A stretch of 64,000 nucleotides of DNA, taken from positions 30,008,001-30,072,000 of the forward strand of contig NC_047022.1 of the NCBI RefSeq assembly GCF_902652985.1, written 5' to 3'. This DNA is from Pecten maximus (Eukaryota). A model generated the notes under the pieces. It was not told where the DNA came from. It ran no database searches and was given only the letters and a program-made list of their open reading frames with translations. The translations under genes were made by a program, and so were the position numbers. Positions 12,140 to 25,475 of the stretch are shown piece by piece. Each line of letters begins with the position of its first letter. Within the stretch, counting starts at the first letter, position 1.

Positions 12140-13740
12140 TTTATTAGCTTGCCTGCCCGAAGGACAAGGGAGCTTATGCCGTATTGCGGCTTCCGTCATC
12201 CGGCTGTCTGTCTGTCGGTCGGCATCAACTTTTTCATTTAAACAACTTCTCCTCAATAACCAAGAGGCTCAGGGACTTGATATTAGGCTTGTAGCATCCT
12301 GGGGCGGAGGGCTACCGAATTTGTTCAAATGAATGACCTTGACCTTCATTCAAGGTCACATGGGTCAAACAGGCTAAAATCTTCATACAACTTCTTCTAA
12401 ATAACCAAGAGGCCCAGGGACTTCATATTGGGCCTTTAGCATGCGCTGGTGAAGGGCTAATAAGTTTGTTCAAATGAATGACATTGACCTTCATTCAAGG
12501 TCTTATTGGTCAAATAGACTACATACGACTTTCTCTCAATAAGCAAGAGGCTCAAGGACTTGATATTTGGTCTGTAGCATATCTAGGGTGAAGGGCTACC
12601 ATGTTTGTTCAAATAATTGACCTTGACCCTCATCTAAGGTCACATGGGTCAAATAGACTTAAATCTTCAAACGACCTCATCTCAATAACCAAGAGGCCCA
12701 GTGAATTGAGTGAATTGAGATAGCATGCTAGGGTGAAGGGTTATCAAGTTTGTTCAAATGAATTACCTTGACCTATATTAAAGGTCACATGGGTCAAATA
12801 GGCTAACATCTTCAAACGGCTTCTTCAACAAACAAGAGGCCCAGGGACTTGATATTAGGCCTGTAACATGCTAGGGTGAAGTGCTTCCAAGTTTGTTCAA
12901 ATGAATGATCTTGACCTTCACTCAGGGTCAAATATGTTAAAATCTTCAAACGACTTCTTTTCAATAACCAAGAGGCCCAGTGACTTTATATTAGGCCTGT
13001 AACATGCTAGGGTGAAGTGCTTCCATGTTTGTTCAAATAATTGACCTTGACCTTCATCTAAGGTGACATGGGTCAAATAGACTAAACTCTTCAAACGACT
13101 TCTTCTCAATTACCAAGAGGCCCAGTGAATCGAGATAGCATGCTGAGGTGAAGGGTTATCAAATTTGTTCAAATGAATGACCTTGACCTATATTAAAGGT
13201 CACATGGGTCAAATAGGCTAACATCTTCAAACGGCTTCTTTTCAACAACCAAGAGGCGAAGGGACTTGATGTTAGGCCTGTAACATGCTAGGGTGAAGTG
13301 CTTCCAAGTTTGTTCAAATGAATTATCTTGACCTTCATTCAGGGTTACACAGGTAAAATAGGTTAAAATCTTCAAACGACTTCTTTTCAACAACTAAGAG
13401 GCCCAGGGACGTGATATCAGGCCTATAACATGCTAGGGTGAAGTGCTTCAAAGTTTGTTCAAATGAATGACCTTGACCTACATTCAAGGTCACAAGGGTG
13501 AAATAGGCTTAAATCTGTAAACAATGATTTGCGATAGCAAAGAGTCTCCGAGACCTGATATTAGGCCAATGGTATGCTTGAATGAATGACTTAAAAACTT
13601 ATTGACATGAATAAACCTCGCCTACTCTGATATTTGAATAAAGTGGTAATCAGAATAGTATCTCCAGAAATTACCTCAATCAACTTCTAAGTTGCTGTAG
13701 TGCCAAGTGAGCAATATAGACCCATTTGGCCTCTTGCTTT
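12140..13740 (+). mobile_element. Non-autonomous Helentron/HINE-type element carrying an internal ~120-bp satellite array
   Basis: 5' end tttattagcttgcctgcccgaagg followed by a (CTGT)n microsatellite; about ten tandem units with gaccttgacc...caaggtca and aataaccaagaggcccagggacttgata; 3' end ...ggcctcttg. This architecture is typical of bivalve Helentron-associated elements. Confidence 0.8.
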
Positions 13741-13959
13741 ACTTAATATCAGACTTTTAGCCCACTATCATTAAACTTCCCTTCCGCCTTGGTCCATACA
13801 TAAACAATACATGGCATTGCTATTTTGAAATAAGTCACATTTTGAATACATTAGAACAGGAGATAAAAATGTGAATTATGAGCTAAAAACAACCAGCACA
13901 AAGTACATGTAGATTGCCCCAAAATATATAATAAAAGGGGGTTTGTGTAAAGTCACTAC

Positions 13960-15700
13960 GTTTATTCTAACGAGTGCTTCGACGTCACCAATGAAATGAT
14001 TCGAGGCAAGTTGTGTTTTGAAAAAAAAAACAGCCACTTATGGAATCGTCCGTGATATGACTCCACTACCCATACGGATTTAGTTCTCGATCTATCATGG
14101 TTAACTTGTAGGTCCTCGTGTTGAGCTGCCAAGGTTTTAGATAAGACGGCATCTTTGTCAAACCACGTGATTCCAAATCTGGCAAAATATCCATCGACTC
14201 TAGATCAACAACCTTGTCATCTTTCTCCGGCCAGGAGAGACTATCAATGATGGCTTTTGTAACCTTCGCATCATGATCACCTCCAGGAAACGGTCCTACT
14301 TTATCGAGATTGTAGCCATCATCAACTTCAAATAGTTCCACTTCTTATGGCAACATTAAAATAAAGACATATGTACCGCTTGCCAAAACTGCTTCGGAGA
14401 ACACTGTTATCATCCTGAATATTTGTTCTTATAAGATGTTCACGTCCAACGGACCACTGGAGCAATAGTTATGTCTAATGCTTTTACTATTGAATGGTAT
14501 GTTTTCGATATACATAAATGTACACGTAGTTGAAACGGACATGTTATAAAGAATGGAACACTGCTTCCACGATATGTCCGTCTTCACTTTGACCCCGAAC
14601 AGCCGAGTGCATCTTCGTGGCTTGGAGTGTAAATATCAGTGTTAGTAGAGGACGAACAATGTAAAAGAGTTCCTAGGAACCATATCCTTGTCTAACCTGT
14701 CCAGGATTTACAACCTACATTATACAGAAAGAAGAAACGCAGAGTAAAGAAAGACTCCTGCTTTGATAGCATACTTGATTTCTACAAAAGATCATTGATG
14801 ATTTCCTTTGATTTTGAAGGTGGCGGCTGATATGTCTATATTTCTTTTTCATAGTACGAATTTCAACGTTAGGGCCAAGATAATTCCCTATGAGGTGATG
14901 TGAACGAATGCTCAATGACCAAGGGTACCACAGTTTATGATGAAAGATTTCCGCGCTTTGGCAAAATGGTCATACATAGTGTGCATTTGGCGTGAGAAGA
15001 CTGGCCGGGGCTGTGATAAAATAGATCCTTTATGATAATAATTGGATGTTCCGTCACGTATCCTCATCAACGCCAACGTTTTGATCTTCAGGTGGCGGCT
15101 TCGTTTCTGATAATTCTTTAAATACTTCGCACACATGCCAATTTCTTTATCATCAGTAAAGTTATTGCCATCTACTTTTAAAACATCTATCAACCAATTG
15201 TGCTGGGGAAGTCTAATGTTTCTAGCAGATTTCTCGGTTTTAATGTCTTTCCTAAAGACAACTTTACATTTAGGTGTTTAAAGTAATGTCAAAAGAACAA
15301 TGAGATTGGGATACATAGGGTGTATTGTCGAAAGATTTGTTTAATGACTATGCAATACGTCATGTTATGCATCGTATTTAACGTCCTAATAATGATTAAC
15401 AGCGATGGTCATTGATGGACGTGGTCTACACACGTTGGCATTGCTTGTATGCATGATACGGGTTGTAAGAAAACACCTGTGTACTTTAAGGTTTGGAGTG
15501 TAATAGAATGGTCTGTTATGCCCGCTTTCATTCAACAAGTTGTTCGGGAGAAACACATCAAAAGCAAAAATCCACACTTTGCACAAAAGGTAAAGTTTTG
15601 ATCTTTGGTCAGGGTTAAGGTAATTTAAGTGATGAAGCTCTCTATACGCTATATAACTTTGACTGGACAGAATTTGGGAGACATTCAACATATCATTTGA
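13960..15700 (-). pseudogene. Decayed intronless coding remnant of unknown origin (TE- or virus-derived?)
   Basis: Four collinear minus-strand ORF pieces (15386-15691, 14912-15193, 14715-14915, 14066-14341) separated by stops/frameshifts rather than splice sites; coding-like composition; minus-strand AATAAA at ~13960. No motif recognised. Confidence 0.45.
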
Positions 15701-16099
15701 TCACAATAATTTGACTTCTTCTTGGTTTGGTAATTTTTTTTACGTGATAAGTTGATATGGCAAGTGTATCATTGATTAATTTAGGTTAAATGTATAGTCA
15801 AGGGAACCTACTTTGATGGCACAAGGCAATGTATCGGTGAGTGATCTCTAATGATGAAATACTCTATAGGCCGACCCATATGGAAAATCAACATTGCTTG
15901 AAACCCCACTTTTGGGATGAAATATTTCTATTTCAAAATAAGAGCAAATGTTCTTATTTAAATATCAGTCTCAGTGGAAACATGCATCTCAATATTGGAG
16001 GAGTCTGTTCAGTTCAGCCTCGCTGATATCGTTGGAGAGGCAGCTGTGGAAATATAAATGCATACAACTATTAACGGCGATTAACGTCTTTAGATAGTC

Positions 16100-16215
16100 A
16101 TTATCTATTTTTTCTGATAGGTAAATCAGGTAAAAGGTAAATTTTCTGATCGGTAAATCGGGTAAAAGGTCAATTTTCTGATGGGTAAATCAAGTAAAAA
16201 GTAAATTTTCTGGTA
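16100..16215 (+). repeat. ~30-bp tandem repeat x3-4
   Basis: ttttctgat(a/c/g)ggtaaatc..gtaaaaggt units. Confidence 0.8.
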
Positions 16216-18579
16216 GGATGTATCATTCAATATCTGTGGAGTGAGGTTCCTTGCGCGTCCTATGACACCATGCAGATCTATACATTTTCCCTTTTAGTTA
16301 TGATATATATGAGAGTGTTATTGTTTGTTATTAATGTTTGTGTGGGTTTTATTAGCTGTCACTGATGTTGATGTCTATTATTATTTATTTTGTTTTTGTG
16401 CTGGATCTGTTTACAATGATGTTATTTCCGAATTTGTTGCCTGAGAATATTTGATATATCGATTCTTTTACCTTTAGGTTTATCTTACTTACTTGTTCCT
16501 TTTATTTTTAGTTTCCATCTTACGGTCTTTCAATAATTCAAAGTCATGCAATGGTTTTCAAGGTCACCCCGTCCTTCTTGATTTTGATGGAGTATTGTCC
16601 CTTGAAATATCTGCGGTTCTTGTACGTTTTCAGCTTTTCTGTCCAGTTAGTTCTCCATTCGGAGTTTACAAGTTCCATGTATTTATTCCCAGCTTTGTTC
16701 ACCTGAAATAAAGCAGTAAACATGTGTAGCCATGTGAGGAGGATTAAACTAGATGCTTGTTTATAACACCATCGCAATGCTCAGCTGCAACCTCTTGTTT
16801 TATTAGAGTTTAACTTCCTCGCAGCAGCCAGGGTCATATGAGAACGGATAATTTCTCTGGTTTTATTTCTTTATTCTTTATTTCTGGTTTCCTACATCCT
16901 CGTGTTCAATTAATTAATTTTATATAAACATACCGCTTGCGGCATATTAATCGGCGTGACTATGGCGTGAGAATGAGGTTTATAGGACGAGTAAAGCTAA
17001 GATAGTCGTTGTGGTACTGCATATATAGGCTCTGAAATGAACGTTTCGAATTATAACCTTTTTGTCCTTCATGATACTAGTCGTGTGGGGAGATGCACAT
17101 CCTTTCTGTTTGATATGTTCACCTGCGGCTCTAATGGACATAGGTCAAGCCAGTTAAACTAAAGAGTAAGGCACTGAGATCGTGATTTCAAGGAAAGCAG
17201 TCAAAGTAAGGATATGATCTCGAAGGAAATTGAGAAGAAAAAGCAATGTGAAGAAAATTGTAAATCGGAAAGAATTTGAAGGGCTGAAAAATATCCCATC
17301 TTCGCTAGCCACGTGTGATTGATATCTAGTTATCTGATGGTGTTACAGCCTTTCAATCGGACAACAATGTTACACAAATTATGAAAAATCATTTGATGTA
17401 TGCATGCTTTAATCAACATAAACTCTATTTATGGATTAATTTACCAGGGCTTATAATTGTAGATTCTTATTTTCGCGAACCCTGACGTTTCTCTGGGTCA
17501 TTGGGCCTTTGATTCTAACAATGAAACTGTAGCAAACCACAATTGTTTTTTCTATTGTACCCTTCAATATCACATTTTTCTGTTACACTTACAACAACCG
17601 TCGGTGTCGCGGCATTAGCTTGCCACTTGAGGGACGCTCCCCAGAAACCCCATAGAATGACGCCCGCCACCTTTTTGTGACTGAAGTACATTGTCAAGAC
17701 GTCTTCCAGGGCCTGAGCCTTTGCCGTGAAGTTACTGCCCTTAATAGATAATTCTGTCACCCAGATCGGAGGACCTGCCTCGGCTACCTTGTCCAGGCGA
17801 TACTGTTACAGCAATCAAACAAAACATATATCAAGACCATTAGCTGTATCCTGATAGTATGTGTCACTATTGTGTTTTATGCTCTTAAAAAAGTACATTC
17901 AGGGTATCAAATATCCATATGTAATTGAGAATTCACGCCTACCGAGGGTTAATCCCCACGTTTAATTAATGTAAAATCAGCTAGATATGTTATTTTTGTG
18001 TAATCATCAATAAGTGTCACTACCAGATATGACATATTAAACTAATTAATGTATTAATATAACTTACAATAGAATTATGAATTGATATATATATATATAT
18101 ATATATAGTCATATACTGCTTGATATCTCCTCATAACTCCTAACATACCTTGAGTTGAGTCATATCTATATCTGTGGACCCGAAATGACTTTGAACTCCA
18201 ATACCATGAATTGATACTTGAGAATCTACAAAACTCTTGGCCTGGTTCTTCAGGGTCTGTCGATGATAAATGTGACCAATCTTAACAGAAATCATTTGTA
18301 AGGGCTGTATTAATGAAAGTGTTATCCGTCGTATAAGATGAGATGCCATATAGAGATAGAGTCTATCAAAGCGAGGATTTGCTGGGTTCTGACCCCAAAA
18401 CGGTTTACTTGAGTGAAGAATTTTCATAAGCCCCATAACTATTCGATGATAGTAACTTATACAATGTAATGCAATACTGCTATGAATCGTAAAGGAACAG
18501 AGTCTGACATTACAACTCTAATTTTAATAAGATTGAGTAAGTACTTAACTAAACATAGTGACACTAACAATATGCATGC

Positions 18580-18850
18580 AGTGTATTGGTTCAGTAGACA
18601 TTGACATCGTAGTGTAATAGTTCAGTGGACATGAACAACGAAGTGTAATAGTTCAGTGGACATGAACAACGAAGTGTAATAGTTCAGTGGACATGAACAA
18701 CGGAGTGTAATAGTTTAGTGGACATGAACAACGAAGTGTAATAGTTCAGTGGCTGTGAACAACGAAATGTAATAGTTCAGTGGACATTGACAGCGTAATG
18801 TAATAGTTTAGTGGACATTATCAGTGTAGTGTAACAGTCTAGTGGCCATT
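18580..18850 (+). repeat. 31-bp minisatellite (~8 copies) at the destroyed exon 9 of xylanase A
   Basis: gtgtaatagttcagtggacatgaacaacgaa repeated, directly abutting the HWD...DPSIK remnant of exon 9. Confidence 0.9.
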
Positions 18851-19987
18851 GGTATCATTGTTTGATACTCGGAGGATCCGTGCCATCCCAATGACAGTCT
18901 TGTACATGCGTATTGACATATCAGAATGTAAGTATTGTGTCTAATAAAGATAGTTACCTCCCTTTGGTTAGAGCGACAGCTTCGTTTATCCTTTCACTAA
19001 TCTTAGTCAACATCTCGGACTGATCCGTAATGCTCCGTACTCAATCAGGAACCCATTCTTCTACACTCCAAAACACGTTGTGTCCACGTATTGACATCAT
19101 GCGGAAGAAACACATTTTTGTTCTGTAGTGTCTGATTTTTAACGTAGTTGAACATGTAGCCGTGTCAGATGAAAGGTAAAGTGATTATGTTAACATCAGT
19201 AGAATCGTTACTCCACAAATCTCATGCTTACATAGAGAAATAAATTCACACTTATGTCCAATATGTATTCTTCCTTATTTAAATTTTGTTAATTTCAAAG
19301 AAATTCTCAGTTGATATCATTACTAATTAAGTTAGCATGTAACGAGAGATAAATGGAAAACACGAACATTTTAATTGCTAACATCATACATGTCAGTAAT
19401 AAATACGTGTATCTTACCCGTGGTCTAGAAGGTCATTGATGGTCGCGTTAGCATCTTCAAATCTCAGATTATTCTGTTAATATAAAACAAGTATTTATTA
19501 CACCGATTATGTTTCCATACACGCGTGTTCAAAACATGTTTCCCTTTTTTCTATTTAGGTCGTGTTGAGATTTTGGTTTTAAGTATTATAAAAAATAACA
19601 CTTTGATAGGGAACTGTGTTGGAATTACCTCGGTCCATCTCATTCCCTTCCACTTGAGGGCGTTTATAAGTACGCCCCACTCTGGTTTGAGAGTATTGTG
19701 TACGAAGTCCTTGAAGACAGAATAACTTGAATTTGTCCATAACTTGGCCTGAACTGCTGTACCGTGTCCAAACTCACTTCGTTTTTGTTCAACCTGGACA
19801 AAAACAAAAACAAAAAAATAAAAAAAACTCTTGACTTGGTGATTTGAAAAAAGCAAACCATTCAAAATTATTTTATAGTATGTAAAGCAATACACATTTT
19901 AAAGCAGATAATATGTTGATCAAACGACATTATTTGTTATTTGTTAAATAGCATGAAGTAGATTCGTTAAGCTTTGCATAAGGTCCC

Positions 19988-20460
19988 TGTCAGGAGAAGT
20001 TACTCCTGTCTTACATTGTATTAGGTTTTTGTCAGGAGAAGTGTCCTATTCTTTTCTTACATTGCAGTATTTCTCTGTCAGGAGAAGTGTCCTATTCTTT
20101 ACTTACATTGCAGTATTTCTCTGTCAGGAGAAGTGTCCTATTCTTTTCTTACATTGCAGTATTTCTCTGTCAGGAGAAGTGTCCCTATTCTTTTCTTACA
20201 TTGCAGTATTTCTCTGTCAGGAGAAGTGTCCGATTCTTTTCTTACATTGCAGTATTTCTCTGTCAGGAGAAGTGTCTTATTCTTTTCTTACATTGCAGTA
20301 TTTTTCTGTCAGGAGAAGTGTCCTATTCTTTTCTTACATTGCAGTATTTCTCTGTCAGGAGAAATGTCCTATTCTTTTCTTACATTGCAGTATTTCTCTG
20401 TCAGGAGAAGTGTCCTACTCTTGTCTGACATTGTATTATGTCTCTGGAGAAGAGTCCTAA
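19988..20460 (+). repeat. 46-bp minisatellite (~10 copies) in xylanase A intron 5
   Basis: gtcaggagaagtgtcctattcttttcttacattgcagtatttctct repeated; this explains the spurious repetitive ORFs at 20029-20525. Confidence 0.95.
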
Positions 20461-21039
20461 TCTTGACCGCCATAGTAGATGGTATCGAATATTATGGCAA
20501 TATAATAGGTCTAAACATGCATTAGAATGCCCGTTGAGCCATAGAATCTGAATAGACGGTTCATCAGTGACTTGCGTCACTGGTTGTATCTCTTGTTTGA
20601 TACATTTAATAGGATGGGCATTTCTTAATGTCTTACCTCAATTGTAAATCCTTTCAATTTAATCCCCTTGACCTTCCGAACACTTGAAACATGACAAAAG
20701 TAAACATAAATAAATAAATAAAATCATAAAAGTTCATCATCAAGAACAATATTGACATGAATGCCATCAGATGAACCTAAAATGGTGTTACGAATGCTTT
20801 GTTACTTAACGTACGTATTTACATTAATCTACAATAATCTGGTTCAAATCAACCACAGCTAAAAACCTTTATAAGAACTTAAACGAAATCTATATCTAAA
20901 ATATTGTAGGAAGCCAAAACTTGAAAACGATTGTACAATGGCCTAGATATATAATTGACAAAAACAGCAACGCATAGTCTTCCCCTGCAGAACATCCGGT
21001 AATGGATAAATGAAACGTTTGGTCAGGTAGTACAGCTTT

Positions 21040-21880
21040 GATCGTCACATTTCTTGACAAGCTAATACCTTCAAATCAACCAAGCGTAACGAAGTGTTCT
21101 AATCGTCGATCTAATGTGAAAAGTTATGGGGTCACCTGCTCGACCACCTGGGTTTCTGCTTCCTCCCACAGATAGAACCTTTTGGCGATTCCATGTGGGG
21201 TAATCACAGTTGCTTGTCGTCTCAGGAGCTGTCTTCCGCATACAACGACAGTTCGAGAAGATAAGACAATTTGATTGTTGCATTTGTCCGACAGATTGCT
21301 GCAGAGACTACATCCCGTACTTAAGGCACTCATGGTACCCCAATCAGTGTTCAATCTGTCATGGATCGCTTGCGTGCCGACATAATATCGCACGCCGACC
21401 TTATGTCATTGGCCCATATCTGACACCAAGTAGGCGGGATGCGCAGACATTTGAGATGCGTCTGTGAGGTATGTGAGGTTTGCCAACAAGTCCGGATTAT
21501 CTCTGTATCGATTAGACTGGAGTATAATAGTATACCAAAGAAAATGGTGAGAGCTTCGCCTACGCATGCGTGGATGAACGCGATCAACTCACCAACAACA
21601 TGTCCTTGCACTTACAGCGATTAAAGACCATGTTCGACCATATGTTGCCAGAGTTTGCCGTGCTTTTCTTAAGTCTAGTCTCTAGAATGATCTCAATATA
21701 GCCCGACTTGTCTCCCTTTGAACACCTTTGGGATGTCAAAACCAGCATTGCTTAGTTGACAACATTGACAGACGAATGTAACAACATACCGTTCGTTGAG
21801 GTGAATTAGCGTCCTTATGAATTCGTCTAAGAGGTACACATAGCGGGTACCTTCTGAAGTGTCATTTTGCAGAGTGTATC
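21040..21880 (+). mobile_element. Decayed Tc1-type (DD34E) transposase relic in xylanase A intron 4
   Basis: Frameshifted remnants: TTVREDKTI*LLHLSDR, NIARRPYVIGPYLTPSRR, a GERFA..CVDERD-like segment, and SPDLSPFEHLWD (~21698-21735). Confidence 0.8.
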
Positions 21881-22589
21881 CAACTCGAAGAGACATACTG
21901 ACAACATCAGTGACGTCACAGAGATTCCGTTTATAGTATTCTTAAGTGCAAACGTTTCAATTCATATTGGTATCAAATTTTGCACTACCATTCAAAGCGT
22001 CACTATATGTTATCAACCGCATAATTCAAAGATACATTTTTTTTCTCTCGAATATAAATCATTTCTTTACTAATAAATCTGTGAATAATACAGGTAATTG
22101 AATTGATATAGAAATATTAAACTATTGATCAGTAAAGGTATACGAGACCTTGACGGAGTGTACATCACTAACACCAACAATAACTCTGGGTGGTGTTGAG
22201 ATGAAGTAAGATGTTATCTTACATGATATTCATTTTCACTTTTCGGTTCTGGTCAATGTCAGATTGAGCATTAGTCTTCCAGTTTGGATCCGGTAAGAGT
22301 TCGAAAAGACTTGCGTCATCAAAGTGATAGTTGACTCCTGCTTCATCGATTTGGATATATATTTTTACTTCCTTGAAATCTAAAACACAATAATTGTGCA
22401 TTTTAAGACAAGTTCGTTATATATTTGATTTTGCCACTACAAACAAAACAATAGCTTGATGATAGGTTTGAAGTTAATTAATCGACAATAACTCACCTAC
22501 ACTATAGGGAATTCTGGACACTTGTTATCTTCTAACAGACAATCGGCAATTTATTTTTGACCATATGAAATCCCTGCTTGATTCTTAAT

Positions 22590-22795
22590 CTTCCTTGGAG
22601 ATTGACAACGCACACCACTAACCCTACAATAGACGCCCAGGTTTTTACTTTCTGGACATTTGATGTCACAGCCCACCACTAACCCTATATTAACGACCAT
22701 GTACTTTCTGGGAGTTAAAACACCCTGCACACCACCAGCCCTATGATAAACGACCATGCACTTACTTTCTGGGAGTTTGAAGTCCCCGCCCACCT
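22590..22795 (-). repeat. Degenerate ~60-bp tandem copies of the exon 3 end + donor in xylanase A
   Basis: Repeated CCAGAAA|GTA donor-like sites at 22766, 22705 and 22649. Confidence 0.75.
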
Positions 22796-25339
22796 CATGC
22801 CAGGACCCTGGTCGGAGACGAGGGTGTATACTGAGGTTGGAGTAACTTTTTTTGCCTGTTGATAATGTAAATAATTGAACATTACATGTATGATGAATTG
22901 ATAGCTTTAACATTCAAGTATGCTTCAAAAATACACGCAGTAAGCTTAAACATATGTGATTCCCTGATTAAATATAAATCTTTACGCAGAAGGTATTTTG
23001 ACTTTAATATGTTACAATATGAAAGCGAAGTGTGTGTCATAAACGTGCCTTGATTAAGTGTTTTATGTTGATTGTACGGCGTAACTATAGACTCATGTAA
23101 CGGCTACATTATCAAATGAATGAAATAAGATTAAACCTTCTCATAACAAAGATGTCTTACTTGACTATATAAGTGTGATTATCTAATGTAATTTTTTTTT
23201 TACTTTATTGGTTTTATTTGATAGTACCTACCGTCTAGTTTTTCAATTCTTAACTTCACTATCACTTCATGATACAGGAAACCAGTAACAGGGTTCTCTA
23301 GCTTGAAATGGCCAACAAAAGCGTACAATTTGCCTGAAGTGACGTCAGGAGGCTGGATAAAATAGCCAAGTCCTGCCCATTTATTTGACCTAGCAACGAG
23401 AAAATAATGGATGTGAATAAAACAATTGAAATGTTTTATTCATCACAAATAATGAAATGATGCTACAGTTTGAATCACCAAGTCAAACATATACAACGTT
23501 GTCAATCGACAAGATTGAGACACTGATACAACACAATAATAAGATGGTCAACAAAGTATGTGTAAATACTAATGAGGGTAATATAGACTTAAATATGTAC
23601 CGCTTCTAGGCCACCATTCCCCAGGAGGTTAGTTCCTACAACTCCAAGTACACCAGTACCCAATAGGAGGAAGTAAGTAAGAGAAGACATGTTCTTATCT
23701 AACTCTGATTTGAATGTATGTGTATCGGTATATATAAATGCCTATTTCTGTTTGTCAAACAAGATCACTTATTCTCAGGTTCAACGTTTGATTGGTTGAC
23801 AGCAAGCTGTACATTGTCGGCATTTGAGGTCTGAGGTCAGGAGTGAATGTAATGTTATAGCTTATTGAATTCTTTTAGACAACTTATCTCGAGGGTATGT
23901 GTAAATTGACATATCTGGTAATACCATTACGATACCATGTGTCATAATTCACTTCGCATAACACGTACCTCTAACCTGATCAACTTAGTGCGAAAATGGT
24001 CAATGCGAAAGCAGATTTAGACTATAGTTTCTTTTCTCTTTCATTTACTGTGTCTCTTGTACAATCAACGATTCGTGTGTGATTAACTGCATTGAAGGAT
24101 GTGATTTTAGTCCTCGAGATGTTTGTCTAACCCTGGTTACTACGTCTAGATTCATATGTTACGGGTTTTGAGGTTGTTTGAGAATTACCCAATATCATTA
24201 TTTTGCTTCATTGAAATTTTGGGAAGGTCTATCGTTGGCATTATGATCTCATTATGAATTATATTCTATTTTATTGTGCTGTATGATGTCATGCGTGTTA
24301 GGTGTTTATTGATGTTCAGTCGTTCCGTTGTCATCACCCTTTTCTCATTTGAGAATGTGGCTATCGGACCGCCGTCTCATTCTCATTGCACTTTGTCAAT
24401 GGTCTCAATGCAAATGATATGGGAAAAATTATATTTTCAAATTTAACTTAAGAATCACCTTTGGACCTTAGCATCACTGACTACCCAGAAGGAGGAAACA
24501 GCTGCATAGTGTATTTTTATCGGTTACAGAATTGATATTTAAAGATGCCACCTTTTGTGTGTGTTTGTGTGTGTTTGTTCGTTGTCTTTTGTTCGCCTTC
24601 TGTCTCCATAAAACAATGACAACAATAAGTTAATTGAAACCATTCATAGCAAACTGTTTTATAAAAATTGTAAGTGAAAATAATAAATCAGGGATTCGTA
24701 TTTTGCATCTTTTCAAATTCCCCTGTAAATATCTTTGAATTGGATGACTATATCAGTGTGTTTACTAAAGCGTTATCTATTAAGTTTTCATTATCAACCC
24801 ACCCACATCGTCAGCCGATAGTCAGTAAATCCTTCTGTCCTGAGTTAAATGTTAAATGTCGTCTGTGCAGCTGTAAGTAGTCATATAATGTTTATTGCCT
24901 CGAACCATCCCTTATCTAATTGCATTTGTTTAATGCCGATTCTTACATTACATACATACCACCATGTAATGTATGAGCACAAGCGGTACATTCACCTCAA
25001 CAAGAAATGAATGGGGTTAGGAATTTCTTTCAAACTGATAATCGTAGAGTTATGTATAGGTTCAGAGAACCTTTGCATCAATAAGCATTTCCAGTACAAA
25101 CACGCATTAGCTTAACTATATAATTGGAATTCTATCTTCAGCATGTCTAAGGGTCGCAATTAAAGTATCTAAACATCCATTAAATGGCGGTACAAAAACC
25201 TGTTTTACCTTTAACAACTCGCTATAAGTAGATTAGTAAGTATTCAATGCCGAATCATGCATACAACTACACCATGAAGCTAGTTTGATGAAAAAAGATT
25301 TTTTAAAAGGTCAATTTTATTTGTTTTACAACAATTGCG

Positions 25340-25475
25340 AAATACTGTGGGGAAAAACAGAAGTATCCGAGAGAACCCATGTGCTCGGGCAGGGGACCCA
25401 TACTTTTTAACGTCAGATCGAGGTTTCGAGTCCCGACTGCCTGGGTGAAAGGCAATTGTGTTACACGCTGTTTTG
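25340..25475 (-). mobile_element. Degenerate SINE, same family as 8640-8850
   Basis: Shares the ggtgaaaggcaa.tgtgtta and gacccatactttt segments with the 8.7-kb SINE. Confidence 0.55.

Larger units (their letters stand above)
16009..23690 (-). pseudogene. GH10 xylanase-like paralog A (pseudogene)
   Basis: Exons: 23690-~23600 (truncated), 23389-23232, 22855-22766, 22379-22223, 20682-20637, 19793-19629, 19473-19418, 19098-18958, exon 9 remnant ~18900-18850, 18256-18149, 17802-17593, 16702-~16493, 16043-16009. Lesions: 3' half of exon 1 missing; exon 8 acceptor AG>AT (19099-19100); TGG>TGA at 19041-19043; WDVNNE acid/base exon deleted; frameshifts in exon 12. Confidence 0.9.

Noticed and set aside
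12918-13393. Short ORFs (also 63319-63652, 41563-41856) as genes
   Set aside because: They are translations of Helentron-type satellite units.
19041-19043. In-frame TGA as selenocysteine or readthrough in xylanase A
   Set aside because: It replaces a conserved Trp (TGG) and co-occurs with a dead acceptor, a deleted exon and frameshifts.
19988-20525. Three overlapping repetitive ORFs / possible CRISPR-like array
   Set aside because: Head-to-tail 46-bp units with no unique spacers, inside an intron of a eukaryotic gene; the ORFs are by-products of the repeat.
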